Source of the DNA: Octopus bimaculoides | Lineage: Eukaryota | Reading direction: 5' to 3' | NCBI RefSeq assembly: GCF_001194135.2 | Contig: NC_068985.1 | Location: 19,098,204 to 19,153,385 of the forward strand | DNA length: 55,182 bases | Shown: one piece after another, positions 52,230 to 55,182 of the stretch | How positions within the stretch are numbered: the stretch's first letter is position 1 | Layout of the letters: each line of letters starts with the position of its first letter | Program-made: the position numbers and the translations under genes | Notes under the pieces: model-generated | What the model was told of the DNA's origin: nothing | Database searches by the model: none | What the model saw: the letters and a program-made list of their open reading frames with translations, nothing else

Positions 52230-53095
52230 CAGTTGGTAATTTACTTCACTCCTGAGTCTGGAGGAAAAGGCTGAGCCTATGACTTTTTCAGGCCCACCGA
52301 GACTGGTGAGGTTGATGACGCTAATGTTCCGTTTGAGCTATTGCAGGTCAACATCTGTAAAAAAGACATGAGCAAGGAGAAGGTTCCAGAAGGCCGATAC
52401 TATAGACATGAAATATTAGCTACACTAGCTAGTGCGGGAAACGGGGTTGGACACACCAAGGGTGACGAGAGTTGGAGAAACGTGTGAGTCAGTGGGGCCT
52501 GACTGGTTGGGGTAGGAGATCTGCTGACTTCGGGGAACAAAAGCCAGTATAGTAGCGATAGAAAAAAAACAGAGAAAGGAGACAGCATGCTTATGGACCA
52601 GAGGTTGGAGTATTTTCGTTAGTGAAGGAGTACCAATCAGCGGGGTGGCCCTTCTGTGGTTACGATTTTAGACGTTAATGTGCTTAGCAGTAGCAGCACC
52701 GTACCACATGTAGGAGCAGATCCCATTATGGGCCTCACTTGAACTTTATACAATGTTAGCAATTAGGGGAACTGAAATATCTTCTGGCTCTGATGAAAAA
52801 GTTTAGTCTTGGGGATGCTGTGCGAAGGATGTGTTTTTGCCAGGAGAGAACCTTGGCGATAGTGAGGTCCAGTATTTGGAGCGACTACGAAGGCTAAGTA
52901 CCGTTCATGTTTATAGGGGGTGGTGGTCGGTGATTAATTTGGTCAGTGATTGAGTTTTGCTTTGCTGTTAAAAGAAGCAAACTTGGTATGGCCTCACTGA
53001 AAGATGGAACCTATGCAGGTTTGGGGTCCGGTGTCCAGACAGCGTATGAATGAAGCATGGTTAGAGAAGATTAGGGAGGAATGAAGAGTCTCATG
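52230..53095 (-). pseudogene. CR1/Zenon-type LINE 3' ORF remnant
   Basis: Minus translation PPINMNGT..SLQILDLTI..VLSWQKHI...FFIRARRYFS and LSLFFFYRYYTGFCS..ADLLPQP...TRFSNSRHP follows the Zenon RT C-terminal layout. Multiple stops. Confidence 0.8.
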
Positions 53096-54714
53096 TTATC
53101 TGTATAGAAGTTGGACGTAACTCATTTGATGTGTAGAAGGAAAAGAGAGAGACACACACCAGAGAATGGGACAAAAAAAAAAAAGCTCAGCAAGACGTGC
53201 GATCTGGTAGGAACGGTCGATCCAAGAGAAAGTGCTAAGATAGTAATGTATGATTTACTGGAGATTTGGTTGCTATTTCTAGCAAGGTGAGCAACTATGT
53301 AGACGCTCCTTCATTGGTTCGTATAGGGATTCGTTGTTTAATAGTGCACACAAACAACAATGTATAGTTACTACAATAAGAAAACAGGGAATAGTTACTA
53401 CAACCCTGCAGTACCTATTTATAATCAAGTTTCCCGGACAGTTGGAGAGGCTTGGTCAAGGGTACAGCGTAATAGTAACAGAAGATGGATTACAGAGAGA
53501 GAGAGAGAGAGAGAGAGAAGATGTGAGGGAATGGGGGTGGGGGAAAGATAAGTGCGTCAGTGATAAAGTGTGTGGTCTATAATGTACACGCGTGAATAAA
53601 TAATTATGCAAATAAATAATTAGCTGTAATGTTTTATATAACAAACTGAAATATATAATAATATCAACATTCCTGATTTGAATTTTCTAATATTTTCGTT
53701 TTTATATTATCTTCCCAATAGTAAAATATAAAACGCATTCAATACGATTAAGACGAGTATTGTTAATAAAACAATCACAAAAAAAAAAATTGTTGTGGTT
53801 CTACAGAATACCTGCAACAACAACCCGAAGGAACAGAGTAAATTACTACTCTTGCTATTCAATTATTTCAACTTGGTTAAGCGTTAATAAAACATTCTAG
53901 ACATAAATTAAACCCTGTCCGCGTTTTCAGACTCGTTCGTTTAAACGTTTTCTCAATCCATTAACAAAACTTGACAAGCGTTAATGTTGACTGTATGGTT
54001 AAGAACACGAAACATTGCTGTTAGCTAGTTTAATCAACTGAACTTTCCTTTTAGACATCAAGAATCCAGCGGTACGAAAAACTTAACCCATTTTCCTGTG
54101 TTGCTGTAAAACACAGATTTCGTTGAAGAATTTTGATAAGCTAAAAAAGCCATTTGGACTAGATATCTAACAAGTCCTTATTTGTAAATTGGTGAAGTGA
54201 AAATATCCAGTAAATTTTCGTCAGTGAATAATAGATGATAAAGATTAACCACCAATTTTGATAACATATTTTAGCCGTATAATTAGGTTTAAAAGTTTTG
54301 TTATATCTATGAATGTACATAGATAGAAGAATTCATTGTCTGTCTAATATGGTTGGTTTGTAAACCATGTTTTTGCTGCTTAAAATAACTTCACATCACG
54401 TTATTATCAAATGATCTAAATTTAGTTCCAAGAATAAATATAAGATCTTTTGTCTCCAAGTTTCCTCTGTGCAGCAGGGAAATTCTTTTTATATTTTGGT
54501 TCCTAGAAGGTCTACAATGACGAAAAAAGTTTTTAGGCTTCATACATACTCATTGGGAAACTTCATTTTACATAAATTTAGATAAAAACTAATTTCAAAA
54601 TGAATTTCAACCGTTAAATATTTGGTTTCACTATTTTATTTAAAACTTACTTTTATTGATCGAGGCATTTCAACTGAATTATTTTGATTATATTTTCATT
54701 TAAAAATAGCATAA

Positions 54715-54880
54715 TATTATCCAAACCCCAAAGAATTCCTCTCAACACATGACTATGATGCTCTCCTACTACTTCTGCCCGTAATCAGAGATGCACATAT
54801 CGTCAGCTACTAAAGGACATTCAACTGGTTAAGGTCAAACAACTGAAAAGCAAATCTGTGGTACTGAGCAGAATATTTGC
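54715..54880 (-). mobile_element. Retroposon tail fragment
   Basis: GC-richer block; the minus strand reads CAAATATTCTGCTCAGTACCACAGATTTGC..CAGTTGTTTGACCTTAACCAGTTGA, recalled as an octopus interspersed repeat. Not verified. Confidence 0.4.
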
Positions 54881-54917
54881 TTTACTATTGTTATTATTAT
54901 TATTATTATTATCATTA

Positions 54918-55096
54918 TCGTTTGCACGCCGGCGAAATGCTTAGCGGTATTTCGTCTCTCTTCACGTTCTGAGTTCAAATTCCGCCGAGGTCGACTTTCG
55001 GGGTCGATAAATTAAGTACCAGTTGAGTACTGGGATCGATGTAATCGCCTAGTCCCCTCCCTTCAAATTTCAGGCCTTGCACCTATAGTAGAAAGG

Positions 55097-55174
<78 letters not shown>

Positions 55175-55175
55175 T
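54918..55175 (+). mobile_element. SINE family A (head missing, small internal deletion) flanked by (ATT)n on both sides
   Basis: GCACGCCGGCGAAATGCTTAGCGG...GTAGAAAGG followed by long (ATT)n; (ATT)n also at 54888-54912. Confidence 0.92.
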
Positions 55176-55182
55176 TATGTTT

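Overview
This is eukaryotic, AT-rich, repeat-dense DNA with many N gaps. It is almost certainly a coleoid cephalopod (octopus-type) genome, inferred from the tRNA-headed SINE families and the very high microsatellite load. No intact protein-coding gene, rRNA, true tRNA gene or CRISPR array is visible, and most ORFs in the track are microsatellite or N artefacts. The recognisable protein remnants are all transposon-derived: mariner (x3), Tigger/pogo (x2 plus a MITE), Helitron (a Pif1-type helicase C-terminus and a separate N-terminal Zn-finger region), R4/Dong, RTE and CR1/Zenon LINE fragments. More than 25 SINE copies are also present. A few short minus-strand segments with strong splice signals (1537-1584, 8186-8248, 49676-49721) suggest the window may be intronic sequence of an unidentified large gene. 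The most unusual structures are (1) a 218-bp fold-back built from two inverted tRNA-like units, (2) a telomeric-repeat-bearing palindromic MITE found twice at the same AGTACC site of a SINE, (3) a head-to-head full-length SINE pair, (4) a 90-bp piece of neighbouring DNA copied into a Tigger MITE, and (5) degenerate hammerhead-like motifs. I found no compelling evidence for a wholly new biological system; the findings are leads. Repeat boundaries are read by eye and approximate unless stated.
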